A stretch of DNA of 64,000 nucleotides from Truepera sp. (GTDB lineage: Bacteria; Deinococcota; Deinococci; Deinococcales; Trueperaceae). Shown piece after piece: positions 30,613 to 40,416 of the stretch; position 1 is the first letter of the stretch, and each line of letters starts with the position of its first letter. The DNA lies in contig CBDCKW010000009.1 in the NCBI GenBank assembly GCA_965218435.1, positions 2,208,001 through 2,272,000 on the forward strand. Direction: 5' to 3'. Below the pieces are notes generated by a model. That model made no database searches, was not told the DNA's origin, and was given only the letters and a program-made list of their open reading frames with translations. The position numbers were made by a program, and so were the translations under genes.

Positions 30613-31350
30613 TTAGAACGCCTTACGCCCTCTTAAGAGTGGCGGTAAAAGCGTCGCCACAAAGACGAGCATGAGTAGAAGCGCCACGATAATGACCAGC
30701 GGGTGCCCCCACTGCCCGATAGCAATCGCCAGAAACGTCCAGACAAAGACGCTGCCGTACACCGGATCGCGCCAGTTGACGCGTACCGTCAGGCCGATTA
30801 CCGTACCGACGAGCAGCATGATGATTGTCCAAAAGGTCGCGCCGCTCGTCCAACCGGACAAGAGGAGGGCGCTAGACGTATTCACAATCGTCGCCAGCGT
30901 CAGCCAACCCGCGTAAAGACTCACCGAATAACCGAGCCAGCGCAGCACGCCTTCGTGCTCGACACCGACGCCGAGGGCGCGGCGCATCGCAATGGCCGTA
31001 GCTAACAGGGCAAAGATAGTTAACACAGGGAGCCAGAGGTGGGCATCGGCAACGGAATAAAGCCAGATGGCGTTCAGCACAGCAGTTAGCGCCAACCAGG
31101 GGCGCAGCGCCTGGAGCCGGGGGTTTTCTTCTTGGTCGGGAAGCGCCTGATAAACCGCGAGGGCCAAGAGTCCCAGATAGATGGGTACCCAGATTAAAAA
31201 CGCGTAGGGGGCAGGTGTTAAGAGAGGCTCGAGCCCATACGTGTCGGCCGCGCCGCCGGGAGTAAAGGCTCTGACCGCAACTGAAAACGGGACGATGATA
31301 CCGGCCCAGGTCACCACAAGGACAAAGATTTGTTTCATTCTCTCGCTCAT
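30613..31350 (-). CDS. TspO-like tryptophan-rich membrane protein
   Basis: TPAPYAF.IW..IY, LN..W, SLYAGWLT.AT. Confidence 0.75.
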   Translation of the reverse strand: MSERMKQIFVLVVTWAGIIVPFSVAVRAFTPGGAADTYGLEPLLTPAPYAFLIWVPIYLGLLALAVYQALPDQEENPRLQALRPWLALTAVLNAIWLYSVADAHLWLPVLTIFALLATAIAMRRALGVGVEHEGVLRWLGYSVSLYAGWLTLATIVNTSSALLLSGWTSGATFWTIIMLLVGTVIGLTVRVNWRDPVYGSVFVWTFLAIAIGQWGHPLVIIVALLLMLVFVATLLPPLLRGRKAF

Positions 31351-31461
31351 AGCGTTATCATAGTGTACAAACGCACGTTTCAATCGTAACGAACGCCCAA
31401 CTATCTGCTCAGATATAGGGCGGACGGTGATAAGGCTCAGCCGACGCGGTAAGCTGACCCT

Positions 31462-31755
31462 ATGCTTAGCGACGCTGAAATGGCCCATCTTAAAACGCTC
31501 GCCCGGTTAGAGCTCACTGCTGAAGAGACGCAGCGGCTTAAAGGTGACCTCAATTCGCTTTTGACCTATTTTGAAAGCCTGTCGGAACTCGACACCGAAG
31601 GCGTTGAAGAACTTGCCCGTCCGCTAGCTTTAAGCAACGTCTTTCGGGAGGATGTGGTGCAGCCGGGGTTAGGGCAACAAACGGACGAGCGCCTCGCGGT
31701 CGAGAGTCAAGACGGCTTTTTTAAGGTGCCGCGCACGGTCGAGAGCGGTGAATAA
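31462..31755 (+). CDS. gatC: Asp/Glu-tRNA amidotransferase subunit C
   Basis: HL..LARL, LDTEGVE, NVFRED, FFKVP. Confidence 0.93.
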   Translation: MLSDAEMAHLKTLARLELTAEETQRLKGDLNSLLTYFESLSELDTEGVEELARPLALSNVFREDVVQPGLGQQTDERLAVESQDGFFKVPRTVESGE

Positions 31756-31833
31756 ACGCTTCATGAACTTTAAGGATTTTTCACCTGGTTTGCAGCTAAA
31801 CTTAAGTGTGACACAATCTTAGGTGGAGGCACG

Positions 31834-32379
31834 ATGAAACGGTCTTTTGCTCTTTTTGTACTCTTAGTGACGCTGCTCAGCGCGTGTGTTCCGGCAACCC
31901 AGTACCCGCCCGACACCCCGATTTTCTATCCGACGAGCTACCGTAACCTGTTCTCGACGACCTTGCAAGAGTTGACCGCCGCGTATCTGCCCAGCGGTCT
32001 GGGCCGCAGCACCTTTTCGGTCACACAGGCGAATTTAGAGACCGGCCTGATTACCGCCGTGCGTAACGAACGCGGCGCGTCAGCCAACGTCCAGTACCGC
32101 TACCCCGAAGACGACGCCGACATCGGGAGCCGCTCCGGGTCGTTTTTTCCCGGTCTGGGCCTCGCCCTGACGTTGCCGGTGCAGACCTCGAGCCCCCAAC
32201 AAACGATTATTACGATTGTCATTCGCAAAGTCGGCAACCAAGCCTCGCTCATCTACTCGGCGCAAGGCCCCGACGGCACGAGTTCAAACGACGGCACGAG
32301 GCTGATGCGAATTGTGGTTATGGACCTCAACGCACAGTTTTTAGCGCCGGAGACGCCGCTCGAGCCCGCCAATCCGTAA
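31834..32379 (+). CDS. Lipoprotein of unknown function
   Basis: Lipobox LSAC; GGAGG RBS. Confidence 0.75.
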   Translation: MKRSFALFVLLVTLLSACVPATQYPPDTPIFYPTSYRNLFSTTLQELTAAYLPSGLGRSTFSVTQANLETGLITAVRNERGASANVQYRYPEDDADIGSRSGSFFPGLGLALTLPVQTSSPQQTIITIVIRKVGNQASLIYSAQGPDGTSSNDGTRLMRIVVMDLNAQFLAPETPLEPANP

Positions 32380-32397
32380 AGCTCGTGACAAAAAGAT

Positions 32398-32425
32398 AAG
32401 CGACGGGAACCTTGACCCGTCGCTT
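32398..32425. terminator. Terminator between convergent genes
   Basis: AAGCGACGGG-n8-CCCGTCGCTT. Confidence 0.65.
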
Positions 32426-32443
32426 GTTCTAGGTTTGAGGCCG

Positions 32444-33724
32444 TTACTCGAGTCTCTCCTTACCTACAAACGGCCGTAACACCTCCGGCACCGTCACACT
32501 GCCGTCTGCCCGTTGATAATTTTCTAAAATCGCCGCGACCATCCGCACCATGCCGAAGGCGCTGCCGTTTAGCGTGTGTACCAGCTCCGTTTTGCCCTTG
32601 CCCTGTGCGCCGCCTTCACGGAAGCGGGTGCCGAGCCGCCGCGCCTGAAAATCGGTGATGTTGGAGACGCTACTGACCTCGAGCCACCGCCCCTGCCCCG
32701 CGCTCCAGACCTCGAGGTCGTACTTCTTAGCCTGCGTAAAGCCCATGTCGCCCGTACACATCAACAGTCGGCGGTAGGGCAGCCTGAGCATATCGAGCAG
32801 ATGTTCAGACAAGGCCGTCATCTCCTCGAGGACTTTGTAACTTTCTTCCGGGCGGACAAACTGCACCATCTCTACTTTGTCAAACTGATGGCTCCGGTTC
32901 AGGCCCCGCACATGCGCGCCGTAACTCCCCGCTTCGCGGCGAAAGCAGGCACTCGCAGTCGTATACCGAAGCGGCAGCGCCGCCTCGTCTAAAATTTCGT
33001 CACGGTGCAAGTTCGTCAGCACTAACTCCGACGTCGGGATGAGGTAAAAGCCGTCGGTCACCCGGTACATCTGCCCTTCTTTGTCAGGGAGTTGGCCGGT
33101 GGCGGTGGCGCTGTCGGCGTTGACCATCAGCGGCACCGAAACCTCGGTGTAGCCTGCGTCGGCGAGTGAGTTGAGGCAATACTGAATCAGCCCGCGCAAG
33201 AGCCGCGCGCCGCCGCCCTTAAAGATGGGAAACCCTGCGCCTGTCGTTTTAACGCCCGCCTCGAGGTCAATCCAACCCCGCGCCGCTGCCAGCTCCCAGT
33301 GCGGTTTGGGATCAAAGTCAAAAGCGGGTTTGTCGCCACGCTCAAACATCACCTGATTGTCGTGCTCGGACGCGCCGTAGGGCACGCTTTCGTCGGGCAA
33401 GTTGGGTAGCTCGAGCAGTAGCCCGCCGAGCTGCGCCTCTAGGCTGCGGCTCTTTTCTTCAAGGCGCTTGACCTCGTCACTCACCGCGCCCATCTCACGG
33501 ATAAGCTCGTCGGCACTTTCGCCACGTCGTTTAAGCTGACCGATCTCTTTACTGCTGGCGTTGCGCTCGGCTTGTTTGGCCTCTAAATCGCCTCGCAAAA
33601 GCCGGTGCTCTTCGTCTACTAAGAGGGCCTGATTCAGCGCCTCTAACGCTTCGGGCAGCTGCTTGGCGCGAACCGCGCGCCGCACCGCCTCGGGATGGTC
33701 ACGGATAAGCCGTAAGTCGAGCAT
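32444..33724 (-). CDS. serS: Serine-tRNA ligase
   Basis: MLDL..IR, PTSE, FRREAG, HQFDKVE, EVSSVSN, HTLNGS. Confidence 0.97.
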   Translation of the reverse strand: MLDLRLIRDHPEAVRRAVRAKQLPEALEALNQALLVDEEHRLLRGDLEAKQAERNASSKEIGQLKRRGESADELIREMGAVSDEVKRLEEKSRSLEAQLGGLLLELPNLPDESVPYGASEHDNQVMFERGDKPAFDFDPKPHWELAAARGWIDLEAGVKTTGAGFPIFKGGGARLLRGLIQYCLNSLADAGYTEVSVPLMVNADSATATGQLPDKEGQMYRVTDGFYLIPTSELVLTNLHRDEILDEAALPLRYTTASACFRREAGSYGAHVRGLNRSHQFDKVEMVQFVRPEESYKVLEEMTALSEHLLDMLRLPYRRLLMCTGDMGFTQAKKYDLEVWSAGQGRWLEVSSVSNITDFQARRLGTRFREGGAQGKGKTELVHTLNGSAFGMVRMVAAILENYQRADGSVTVPEVLRPFVGKERLE

Positions 33725-33757
33725 TTTATAAGCCTACCCGAAAGCTTAAGTATTGGG

Positions 33758-34561
33758 CTAAACTCGAGCCTCAAACAGCCCCGTCGCCCTGGTAATTCGC
33801 ACCTCGCCCGTTTCGGCGAGGGCTCGCTCAACCCGTTCCCGTAACGCCGCCATCTTTTTAGCGTCGTTTTTGAGGTCGGCTGGCGTGACTGACAGGATGT
33901 AAGCAAGCAGTGGGTCGGCTTCGGTGACGAGCAGGTCGGGGTCGCCGGGGGGCCGGTGCAGTATGACGGAAGAAAAGTAAGGCTCGAGGTAGCCCACGCC
34001 GGTCTCGAGTTCAAAACTCGTCACGTGATTGTTTTGCAAACCTAGATGAACCGCGCCGTCAGCCGTTAGGTCTTGCGAAAGGTCATCTAGTTCGTGCAGA
34101 TGATCCTTACCGTTCGTCGCCGCAAAGAGCCGCCCGCCGGGTTTGAGGACGCGCCGCACTTCGCTTAGCGCCCTGGGCAAATCGGGTACGTGGTAGAGCA
34201 TGTGGTTAGCGACTACGGCGTCAAACGTCGCGTCGTCAAAGGGTAAGGTCTGTGCGTCAGCCACAGTAAAGGTGAAGTTAGGCGCGCCTTGAAGACAGGT
34301 TTGCGCTTCGGCAATCATCCCGGCTGAGAGGTCGGTCAGCGTGACCTGCCAGTTTTGCGGCAGTCGGTCCAGGTTTTCACGCCAGAGTTTGGCAGGACCA
34401 GCGCCCAGCTCGAGCACCCGTGCCCTGTCCGGCAGCTCGAGGTGGTCAAAGACCCAGCGGTGCCAGTTCACCCCGTTCACGCTAAAACGGCGGTGAAGGG
34501 CGGCTCGAGCGTCTAAGTTCGAGGCGTCTTGGTACTGTTCGGCTAGAGACATGTTGGTCAT
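33758..34561 (-). CDS. Class I SAM-dependent methyltransferase
   Basis: VLELGAG, DLSAGM, ANHMLYHV, LKPGG. Confidence 0.92.
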   Translation of the reverse strand: MTNMSLAEQYQDASNLDARAALHRRFSVNGVNWHRWVFDHLELPDRARVLELGAGPAKLWRENLDRLPQNWQVTLTDLSAGMIAEAQTCLQGAPNFTFTVADAQTLPFDDATFDAVVANHMLYHVPDLPRALSEVRRVLKPGGRLFAATNGKDHLHELDDLSQDLTADGAVHLGLQNNHVTSFELETGVGYLEPYFSSVILHRPPGDPDLLVTEADPLLAYILSVTPADLKNDAKKMAALRERVERALAETGEVRITRATGLFEARV

Positions 34562-34647
34562 AGCTTTACCTTACCTAATACACCAGAGGCCGAAGGATAG
34601 GCCGGGCTCCGGCACCGCCAGTTTTTACCCCTGATGCTTGCTTCTTA

Positions 34648-35394
34648 CTACTTATTGACCACATCTTCAAAACGTTTTTCCCAGGCGGTGTAGTTGCCTT
34701 TCGACCCGAGCACGAAGGGCGACAAGCCAATCGCTTTGATCAGTCCCCGGTTCAAGGTCGCCGCTGAGAGCCGCATCGGGCGGATAAAATCCACGAAGAG
34801 CACCACGCGGTCTTCGCCGGTATCGTTCCACGCCTCGTGGTCGTAGGTATCGTCAAAGATTAGGCTTTTGCCCTCTTCCCAGTGCCGGGTTTCGTCGACG
34901 ACGCGGATGCCGCAGGCGCTCGTCGGTTCGGGGATTTTAAGACCCAGGTGATAACGGATCACGCCTCTGTACGGGCCACGGTGCGGCGGCAGGTGCTTGT
35001 GCGGACCCAAAATCGAGAAAAACGCGGTGGTCATCCCCGGAATCTTGTGGAGGAGTTGGGCTGTTTTCGGGCAACGCTCAATCGTCCCGGCTTTAACGCC
35101 GTAAGCGTAAAAAAAGTAGGTCTTCCAGCCGTTGTCTTTGGATAAACTGGCCTGCTCCGGTGAGATGTCTTGAAAGTTGGGCAGCTCGTCACGGTAGGCC
35201 ATCACGCCGTCGAGTTCTTTACGGATAACTGTCCAGTTAGCCTCGAGTTCTTCGGCCCAGGGAAACACCTCGACGTCAAAAAACGCCGGGTTCCCAACCT
35301 TTGACGAGGCGGTGTAAAGGCGGTCCATCCCCTCGACACCCCCTTTAAGTACGTCAAAGGCTCTGTCCCTCGCGTTTGTCTGCCAGCTTGCCAT
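34648..35394 (-). CDS. Aspartyl/asparaginyl beta-hydroxylase family (LpxO-like) Fe/2OG dioxygenase
   Basis: FFSIL.P..HLPPHRGP, RYHLGL, FDDTYDHEAWN, RVVLFVD. Confidence 0.9.
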   Translation of the reverse strand: MASWQTNARDRAFDVLKGGVEGMDRLYTASSKVGNPAFFDVEVFPWAEELEANWTVIRKELDGVMAYRDELPNFQDISPEQASLSKDNGWKTYFFYAYGVKAGTIERCPKTAQLLHKIPGMTTAFFSILGPHKHLPPHRGPYRGVIRYHLGLKIPEPTSACGIRVVDETRHWEEGKSLIFDDTYDHEAWNDTGEDRVVLFVDFIRPMRLSAATLNRGLIKAIGLSPFVLGSKGNYTAWEKRFEDVVNK

Positions 35395-35510
35395 GTCGTT
35401 CTCCTCTCACGAGTCCTCGAGACCAGTTATAACAGATTGCAGAAATACGGGTGCGCTCGAGGCTGGGCCTAACGGCAGGGACTTTAGCCAGTTTGCCGCA
35501 CTACCTCGTG

Positions 35511-36818
35511 CTACCTCTCCCGCACCCGCATCTTGATGCCTTCTAGCGGCCCACCCGTCCCCTGATAGACCTGCACGACCTCTTGCCCCGGTTCCGGTGT
35601 GAGGTCGTAACGCCGGAGGATCGCCGCCGCCATCGCCTTGATCTCCACGGTGGCAAAGTTCATCCCGATACAGACCCTCGGCCCACCGCCAAAGCCGACC
35701 AGCGCGTAAGGGTGCTGTTTGTCCTCCTCCCGGGGCGGCGCAAAGCGGTCGGGGTCAAACCGCTCAGGTTCCCGCCAAATGTGCGGGAGCAGATGGCTAG
35801 CAGCAACCGAATAGAGCACCCGCTGGCCCGCCGGGACGGTGTAACCGTGAAAGGTAAACGCTTGCGTGTTGCCCCTAGGTCCGTTTGCGACGGGTGGGTA
35901 GAGGCGTTCGGCTTCGGAGAGGGCGTAGCCCAAGACTTTCATCGCTTTGAGCGCCTCCAAGTGTGGTTCGTTGTCGCCCAATGCTCCGTTAACCTCTTGT
36001 CTCACTCTTGCCAAGTACTCAGGATGCGTGCTGAGTAGATACAAAAGCCACGCACTCAGGCTCGTCGAGGTCTCGTGTCCGGCGACCAGCAAGATGTTGA
36101 GGTGGCCTAAGAGCTGGGCGTCGGTGAGAGCTTTGCCCTCGTCGTCCCTGGCCTGCACCAAAATACCCAAGATGTCGTGGGTGGGTTCTTTTCGGCGGGC
36201 TTCAATTTGTGCTTGTAGCAAAGGCATCAAGGTATCGCGGGCAGCACGTGACGAGGCGAAGAATTCTTCTTCTGATCTAGCCTTGGGGTCGCCCTGCAGC
36301 AAGGTCACGAACAGCTCCCGAAAGCGGTCAACCTGCGGGCCAGCCGAGAAGCCTACCAGCGCCTCGGCTGCTACATCAAAGGTGATCTTACGGGCTTCGT
36401 CGTAGAGGTCAACGACGCCCCGCTCGCCCCAGTCGGCGATGCGTGCGCCGATCACCCGGTTCATAATGGGTAAATAGCGGTCCATATAGCGGGTGGCAAA
36501 GGCTGGGTTCATCATTTTACGCTGGCTGTCGTGGTCGGGGCCGTCCATGTTGAGGAGCCCCCGACCCATGATATGACCGATCATCGGCGTCCAACCGAGG
36601 TCGTGTGAGAACAGCTCGCGGTGACTTAAGAGCATAAAGCGGTTAGCTTCGGGGCCGACCATATAGACGACTCGGTAGCCGGGCCAGTCAGCCGTAAAGA
36701 TGGGGCCGTACTTTTCATAACAGTCAGCCAGAAAAGGGCCGACCCTAAAGGGATAATCGTCGGGAATCGTGACGTGGGGCAGCTCGTCAAGCCCCTTGGT
36801 AGGCGTTTCAGTCGTCAT
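35511..36818 (-). CDS. Cytochrome P450
   Basis: AGHETS, EAER, FDPDRF, FGGGPRVCIG. Confidence 0.96.
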   Translation of the reverse strand: MTTETPTKGLDELPHVTIPDDYPFRVGPFLADCYEKYGPIFTADWPGYRVVYMVGPEANRFMLLSHRELFSHDLGWTPMIGHIMGRGLLNMDGPDHDSQRKMMNPAFATRYMDRYLPIMNRVIGARIADWGERGVVDLYDEARKITFDVAAEALVGFSAGPQVDRFRELFVTLLQGDPKARSEEEFFASSRAARDTLMPLLQAQIEARRKEPTHDILGILVQARDDEGKALTDAQLLGHLNILLVAGHETSTSLSAWLLYLLSTHPEYLARVRQEVNGALGDNEPHLEALKAMKVLGYALSEAERLYPPVANGPRGNTQAFTFHGYTVPAGQRVLYSVAASHLLPHIWREPERFDPDRFAPPREEDKQHPYALVGFGGGPRVCIGMNFATVEIKAMAAAILRRYDLTPEPGQEVVQVYQGTGGPLEGIKMRVRER

Positions 36819-37123
36819 CGGTACCTCCTTACCCTTTACGGTACAGCGAGAAGGCGAAAAGCGTGTAGGGCCGACGGCAAAGCCCGTACCCGGTAGGGCT
36901 ACGGTGATAGACCTTCGCGTCTAGGGCAGCGTGCGTTATTCATTTCGCCACCACAATATTGTCTTAAAGGAGTTGAGGGCTACTAGGCAGATAGGTTGCA
37001 ACGCCAAACGAGCCCCTCTTGTAACTAAAAGGGGCTGGCTGGGCGCATATAGCGGTTCGTACTGAGTGCAAATCCCGCAGGAATCATCTCAGAATGTGCG
37101 TGTCAAACTGTGTATAAATCTCT

Positions 37124-37236
37124 TAGAGCGTTTCAAACCAGCTGATGTGCCTGCCTGTGCCCTACGAGGGTATGCCCCGCAAAGGTATATCCCCAGGGTA
37201 TACCTGCTGCAACGGTTTCAAATCAGAAACGCTCTA
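37124..37236. mobile_element. MITE-like non-coding element (113 bp)
   Basis: Terminal inverted repeats TAGAGCGTTTC / GAAACGCTCTA with TA at both ends. Confidence 0.55.
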
Positions 37237-37296
37237 CATCTCTATGGTCGTCAGTTCTATCACCGTATGGGTCAACAAGGTCGCTGCGTGCTCGTA

Positions 37297-38058
37297 TTAT
37301 CCTTGAGCACTCACAGCATCGTTAAACTGTTTGAAAAAGGCGTCATAGCCCCCACTAATCTCGGCAAAACGTAGCGGCTTTACCCGCTCTACTAAGACCT
37401 CGGTTACATCAGGTGACGTTTCTAGAATGTTCATTGTCTCGGCGATAAAGTCCTCTAGCGGCAGGTAGTCGGGGTTGGTGGCCTGCTCAGGGCCCATCAG
37501 TTCTGTTTGCACGGCGGGGGGAACGAGTTCGATGACTTGTACCTGCGTGTCTCTAAGTTGGTAACGCAGCGACTGCGTATACGAATGGATGGCGGCTTTC
37601 GTAGCGTTATAGGTCGGAGTCAGCGCCATCGGCATAAAAGCCAGGCCCGATGAGACGGTCATCACCGTCGCTTGGGGCTGAGTTTCTAACAGGGGCAACA
37701 GCGCCGCCGTCAAGCGGATCGGGCCGAGCAAGTTGGTCATGATCGTCGCCTCGGCGTCCCCTAACGCACCCTCTTGTAGGGATTCTGCTCGCATAATGCC
37801 CGCATTGTTAATGAGCACGTTGAGCGCCGGATACTCAGCCCCTAGCTGTTCAGCAAAGCTTCTGATGGCGTCGGCGTCTTGCACGTCGAGCACCGCCGAC
37901 TTCATTCCCGGATTTGCGGCGGTGACCTCCTCGAGCGCCCCCTTCCGGCGGCCGGTAATAATGACCTGATTGCCGAGGGCGTGAAACTGTTCAGCTAGAG
38001 CGCGGCCGATGCCGGAGCTCCCGCCCGTGATCAGCACCATGTTGTTTTTTACGTTCAT
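37297..38058 (-). CDS. Short-chain dehydrogenase (DltE-like)
   Basis: TGGSSGIG, NNAG, YNATK; AGGAGG before ATG 38058. Confidence 0.92.
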   Translation of the reverse strand: MNVKNNMVLITGGSSGIGRALAEQFHALGNQVIITGRRKGALEEVTAANPGMKSAVLDVQDADAIRSFAEQLGAEYPALNVLINNAGIMRAESLQEGALGDAEATIMTNLLGPIRLTAALLPLLETQPQATVMTVSSGLAFMPMALTPTYNATKAAIHSYTQSLRYQLRDTQVQVIELVPPAVQTELMGPEQATNPDYLPLEDFIAETMNILETSPDVTEVLVERVKPLRFAEISGGYDAFFKQFNDAVSAQG

Positions 38059-38144
38059 TTTGTGACCTCCTAGGTTGTACTGTAAGATAAGTACGAACCG
38101 ATAGGAAGTAGGCACCGCAAAGTTCTATACTTACCCAGGAGATA

Positions 38145-38582
38145 GTGAAAATGACCGACGGACTTAAAAGCTACGAAAAAGCTTTACATGGCGACGTCCC
38201 ACTTTCGGAGTTAGGAAGAGACGACCCTGAACTTGAGGCGCTCGTCAGGGAAATTATCGGACGCGTCGCCGATAAATGGACGATGCTTGCCTTGGAGGTT
38301 TTAGAAGAGTACGGACGGTTGCGGTTTACACGGCTCGGTGAGCTTATCGGCGGCGTCAGTCAAAAGATGCTGACCAAAACGCTGCGGCAAATGGAAGCAG
38401 ACGGTCTCTTGGTGCGCACGGTTTATCCGGTCGTACCGCCCCGAGTCGAATATGAGCTGACCGACATGGGTCACAGCTTGGGAGCTGCTTTTTGCGGTGT
38501 GTGGGTGTGGGCCGACGAGAACCGAGAGGCCGTCGCACGGTCGCGGAGAGCGTTTCAGACGCAGGCAGAACAGGCGCGGTGA
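38145..38582 (+). CDS. HxlR-family regulator
   Basis: DKW, SQKMLTKTLR, PPRVEYELT. Confidence 0.93.
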   Translation: MKMTDGLKSYEKALHGDVPLSELGRDDPELEALVREIIGRVADKWTMLALEVLEEYGRLRFTRLGELIGGVSQKMLTKTLRQMEADGLLVRTVYPVVPPRVEYELTDMGHSLGAAFCGVWVWADENREAVARSRRAFQTQAEQAR

Positions 38583-38584
38583 CC

Positions 38585-40060
38585 CTACTTATTCCCGCGA
38601 AGCTGCGTAATTTGCCCCAACCAGCGGTCAAACAGCGGCACCACCGGGTTTTCACGCGCTGTGACGATATCTATGTGGGTAAACCCGGGGATCACGTAGC
38701 TCGAGAACAGCGCACTCGCCCGCAGGTTGCTGTACGCCGAAAACCCGTCGAGGTCGGTGACCAGGCCGCGTCCCGCACCAATGGCCAGCGTCGGCGCGGT
38801 CACCTCGCTGTGCGCGGCAAAGTCGGCGCGGCTAGAGAGGTCGAGGGGCAGCTCGCTCATGTCTACCAAAAGCCGGAGCGGAAAGTACCACTCGTTAAAG
38901 TCGCTTTGCAGCGTCACGCGGGCGCGCAAATAGGCGGCCATGTCGGTGTATTCATGCACCGGGTCGCCGGGGCTCCAGCTCACCTTGGCAGAGCCGGGCG
39001 CAACTCCGGCGACGGTACGGCTCGAGCTGCTACCGAGGCCGTCAAGCAAAAACGCGATCACGTTGCCGCCGTAACGTGCGCCGACCGCCTCACCGAGCGA
39101 GGCACCAAACGTCGCCGAAGGTGCGTAATCTTCGTCGGCGCGAACACCGACATAGGCCAGATTCGTAATTGGAAAGGCAGTATCGGGGGCGAGGGCGTCA
39201 GGCTTAAAGCGGGCCAGCAGCGCCCGCGACTCTTGTTGTCCGTAAAACCCCGGTCCGAGGCCGAAAGCTAAAAACGGAGAACCGTGTCCGGCGTCAAACC
39301 CGGTGGCGGCGGGAATCAGCTCGAGGTTCCCGAGTGACAGTCCCGCAGTCAGACCAAACGCCCCGGTACGCCCGAGTGTTCCGTCAAGGAGTAAAAGCCC
39401 GTCGAGTTGCGCGTCTCCCAACCCGTTGGCAAACCGGTACGCCGCGTAAAAACTTACCAGGCTCGCGCCGAGCGAGTGACCCCCCAAAACGACGGTCTCA
39501 GCCTTTGCGTTCGCCTCTTCGACGACCGCGTGTAGGTCGCGCAGGTGCGTCACAAGCCCCCAGCGGCGCATAAACCCGGCATCTTTTACGGGAACCGCGT
39601 TAAACCCGGCGGGTGTTCCGGCGTCCTCACCGTAGTAGCGGTAGGCGGTCTCCGGATTGTGGCTGCGGAGGCTTTGACGCAGGGCGCTGGGGTCTTCTAA
39701 CGCGTTCGCGCGGCGGTCTATCGCCCAAACCTCGAGCCCCGCACGGCTGGCGACGAGTTGCCGCGCCAAGATGTCAAAACTCGCCGCGCCGCCGAAGATT
39801 CCCGGCATCAAGATTAAAACGGTATTGGGGTCTTCCCCACCGAGCGCGTAGTAGCGCAGGTAAAAGGTGCGGTTAAGGCGTTCGGGCGTCCCTACGGTGT
39901 TTTCACCGGGAAGCGAGACGTACTGCGTCCCAACGCGCCGGGGCTCGAGGCGCTGCGGCGCGGTCGGGAGCTTCAGGTCGGCGCGCAGGTTAGGGATCGG
40001 CAGACACCCTGCGAGCAAAGCGCCCAGAACCAGCACGGCAACCAAAACCCTACGCCTCAT
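38585..40060 (-). CDS. Lipoprotein alpha/beta hydrolase
   Basis: Lipobox LAGC, GHSLG, C-terminal HID. Confidence 0.8.
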   Translation of the reverse strand: MRRRVLVAVLVLGALLAGCLPIPNLRADLKLPTAPQRLEPRRVGTQYVSLPGENTVGTPERLNRTFYLRYYALGGEDPNTVLILMPGIFGGAASFDILARQLVASRAGLEVWAIDRRANALEDPSALRQSLRSHNPETAYRYYGEDAGTPAGFNAVPVKDAGFMRRWGLVTHLRDLHAVVEEANAKAETVVLGGHSLGASLVSFYAAYRFANGLGDAQLDGLLLLDGTLGRTGAFGLTAGLSLGNLELIPAATGFDAGHGSPFLAFGLGPGFYGQQESRALLARFKPDALAPDTAFPITNLAYVGVRADEDYAPSATFGASLGEAVGARYGGNVIAFLLDGLGSSSSRTVAGVAPGSAKVSWSPGDPVHEYTDMAAYLRARVTLQSDFNEWYFPLRLLVDMSELPLDLSSRADFAAHSEVTAPTLAIGAGRGLVTDLDGFSAYSNLRASALFSSYVIPGFTHIDIVTARENPVVPLFDRWLGQITQLRGNK

Positions 40061-40416
40061 CTCAGAAGTTTATAGAATTGCCGCCCGCAAGGTGGTAACC
40101 GAACAAATTGCTCGGTGAGGCGCACTAAAAAACGCTTTGTGCCGACGACCGGAGCAGCTGACACGCGGGCGCGGTGAAGTCTTGCTAGCTGAATAAAAAG
40201 TTCTGGTAGAACCAGCTTGGCGTATGCTCCGCGCTTACCACAACGTAGCGCCAAAATCTTTCTGCACTTCTGAGATGATCCTCTAGACGCTGCTTGATTT
40301 GTCCAAGGAGCTGGACCAAGCAGGGTCGGACAGAACAGTATGTTTTGAGTGGTTACCAAGGAAACGTAAGTCGGGAGGCTGTCAAAGAGGCGGATTGTCC
40401 TTCTGGCCGTGCGGTC

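Noticed and set aside
31462..31755. gatC without gatAB
   Set aside because: Dispersed gat genes are ordinary; the partners are probably elsewhere in the genome.
37000..37110. AGGAATC...TGTCAA as an IS200/IS605 right end or omega-RNA relic
   Set aside because: No subterminal hairpin and no tnpB remnant is visible.
37066..37374. 102-aa ORF as a real gene
   Set aside because: It runs through the MITE-like element, overlaps the SDR 3' end and has no motif.
38492..39271. Long antisense ORFs (259 aa here; also 24903-25565 and 28703-29443)
   Set aside because: Shadow frames of well-supported genes in GC-rich DNA.
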